Assembly (NCBI GenBank): GCA_027031765.1
Contig: JALVPN010000081.1
Span: 1-15,081, forward strand
Origin: Promethearchaeota archaeon
GTDB lineage: Archaea > Asgardarchaeota > Thorarchaeia > Thorarchaeales > Thorarchaeaceae
Length of the DNA stretch: 15,081 nucleotides
Direction of reading: 5' to 3'
Shown here piece by piece: positions 13,709 through 15,081 of the stretch. The first letter of the stretch is position 1, and the number at the start of each line of letters is the position of its first letter. Under the pieces are notes generated by a model. It did not search any database. It saw only the letters and a list, made by a program, of their open reading frames with translations, and had not been told where the DNA came from. Both the position numbers and the translations under genes were made by a program.

Positions 13709-14833
13709 CTAGCCAAGCCCACCGAACCGTAGCAGCATGTAGAGCATCATGATGAAGACCGAGATCATCGCTATGGCCTCAAGGTTGTTGACCTTTGAGT
13801 CATCGGTAATCATCACGCGGAGGATGAAGAGCGAGGGGAACGCGAAGAACAGCAGCACCACTGAGAACAGGTCGATTGGCACCACGCCGCCGACCAGACC
13901 AGCTACGATGAGCGTGTACCCGAAGATGACGAAGAACACCTGGACAATGCCACCAAACGCATTGCTCAGTGCGACCTCGACCTGTTCCTTCTTGTGACTC
14001 GATGCCACTATTATGTACTCCGGGGCACCGCCGAAGACCACCAGTAGCAGGGCGGCATGGATGAAGGTCAGGTGCATGGTCTGGGTGGCATAGTCTGCGA
14101 AGGATGCCAGTGCCTCACCGCCCAGGAGTGCCCCCAACGATGCGATGAACAGCAGGCCCACAACCGTACGCCTTGGCATTTTCTTCACGTGCAAGTCGCA
14201 CGTAAGTGTAGGGTCTGTTGCCCCGGGCTCACATTTTCCGTAGTACTTGGTGATACGGAAGAGGTATGCCACAAAGACAGCAATCAGGCAGAGGCCGAAG
14301 ATGAGGAGCTCGTCACCGGAGAACACAGGCTCGGTACCGGGAGCTGCAAACACGTGGAGCATGAGCATTGACAGGCCGACAGACAGGCTGATCACAGCAG
14401 CCATCGAAAGGAGGTCTGAGCCCACCCACATGATGGCGTCCGGTAGCTGGAAGTTGCCCCTCTCGTCCTTGGGCAGGAACAGCGAGTAGACAGCGAACAC
14501 AAGTGAGTTGACAAAGATTGTTGCGAGGGCCAGCACCCAGGCCATCTCGAACTCCCCGCCCACAACGAGGAACGTGATTACTGAGAGCTCAGGAATTGTG
14601 CTGGCAAGACTTGCATAGATGCCTGACACGTAGTCTGTCATGTCCAGGTTGTGAGAAATGCCCTCGACTGCATGTACAAAAGCCTCGCATGCGCCCGCTA
14701 TTATCATAATACCTGCTGTCAGCTCAACGAATGCTGTCCACTCGGGATGTATCCCCAGTGACTGCAACACGGTCATCGCTACAAGCACCGCGAGCCCTGT
14801 GATGTAGGAAAGATGCCAGCTCTTGACGTCCAA
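13709..14833 (-). CDS. Ca2+/cation antiporter (CaCA superfamily; ChaA/CAX-like)
   Basis: About 10-11 TM segments with two alpha-repeats: ASLASTIPELSV and VFGGAPEYII...ALSNAFGGIVQV. Start taken at TTG 14833, which has GGAGG 7 nt upstream and TTAATT at 14877-14872; the track extends to 14917. Confidence 0.88.
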   Translation of the reverse strand: MDVKSWHLSYITGLAVLVAMTVLQSLGIHPEWTAFVELTAGIMIIAGACEAFVHAVEGISHNLDMTDYVSGIYASLASTIPELSVITFLVVGGEFEMAWVLALATIFVNSLVFAVYSLFLPKDERGNFQLPDAIMWVGSDLLSMAAVISLSVGLSMLMLHVFAAPGTEPVFSGDELLIFGLCLIAVFVAYLFRITKYYGKCEPGATDPTLTCDLHVKKMPRRTVVGLLFIASLGALLGGEALASFADYATQTMHLTFIHAALLLVVFGGAPEYIIVASSHKKEQVEVALSNAFGGIVQVFFVIFGYTLIVAGLVGGVVPIDLFSVVLLFFAFPSLFILRVMITDDSKVNNLEAIAMISVFIMMLYMLLRFGGLG

Positions 14834-15004
14834 TACGAGGCCTCCGCAGGCCGTCCGACACACACTTCCCCAATTAAGTGTCACGCACTGCCAGACAGGC
14901 AGAGGGCTGATAGTCACACTGCTGCCATGACCGGGTCTGCAGTCGGGCCCCTGTCCGGGGCATCAAGTGGCCGTTTGCCGTGCGGACGGCCTTGACAGCG
15001 GGCC

Positions 15005-15081
15005 CAGTGGTCACAGGCCTACTCTGGGGCCAGCACCTTCCTGACAATCCCGCTGGCCCCAGAGTAGGCCTGTGACCACTG
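15005..15081. repeat. Perfect 30-bp inverted repeat with a 17-nt spacer, reaching the last base of the window
   Basis: Left arm 15005-15034 CAGTGGTCACAGGCCTACTCTGGGGCCAGC; spacer 15035-15051 ACCTTCCTGACAATCCC; right arm 15052-15081 is the exact reverse complement. Confidence 0.97.

Noticed and set aside
1-15081. tRNA, rRNA, SRP/RNase P RNA, transposase or integrase
   Set aside because: By eye I found no T-loop (GTTCRANTC) cloverleaf, rRNA signature or DDE/tyrosine-recombinase motif; a covariance-model scan would be needed to exclude divergent ncRNAs.

Overview
Archaeal chromosomal segment, GC-rich by eye. Archaeal origin rests on a Sec11-type signal peptidase, TATA-like boxes about 25-40 bp upstream of several starts, and GGTGA/GGAGG ribosome-binding motifs. 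An Asgard (Thorarchaeia-like) host is a guess from gene content only. I call 14 CDSs, mostly monocistronic and separated by long spacers (about 79% coding by my calls). In order: 5' part of an amino-DNA methyltransferase missed by the ORF track (1-291, -); membrane-anchored M23 peptidase; 2-TM hypothetical; Cys-rich hypothetical; coiled-coil protein with a perfect 42-bp tandem repeat and a PD-(D/E)XK-like C-terminus; Fe-S protein; signal peptidase I; BrxD/DUF2791-like ATPase divergent from a membrane-anchored HhH protein; PNPOx-like protein; GT-C-fold membrane protein; Kbl/AONS-family PLP enzyme; small Sm-like protein; CaCA antiporter. Notable non-coding structure: a compound C[A/G]GT tetranucleotide array (13597-13656) and a perfect 30-bp inverted repeat running to the last base (15005-15081). 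I saw no tRNA, rRNA, CRISPR array or transposase. No complete multi-gene novel system can be proven from this window; the candidates are listed with tests.
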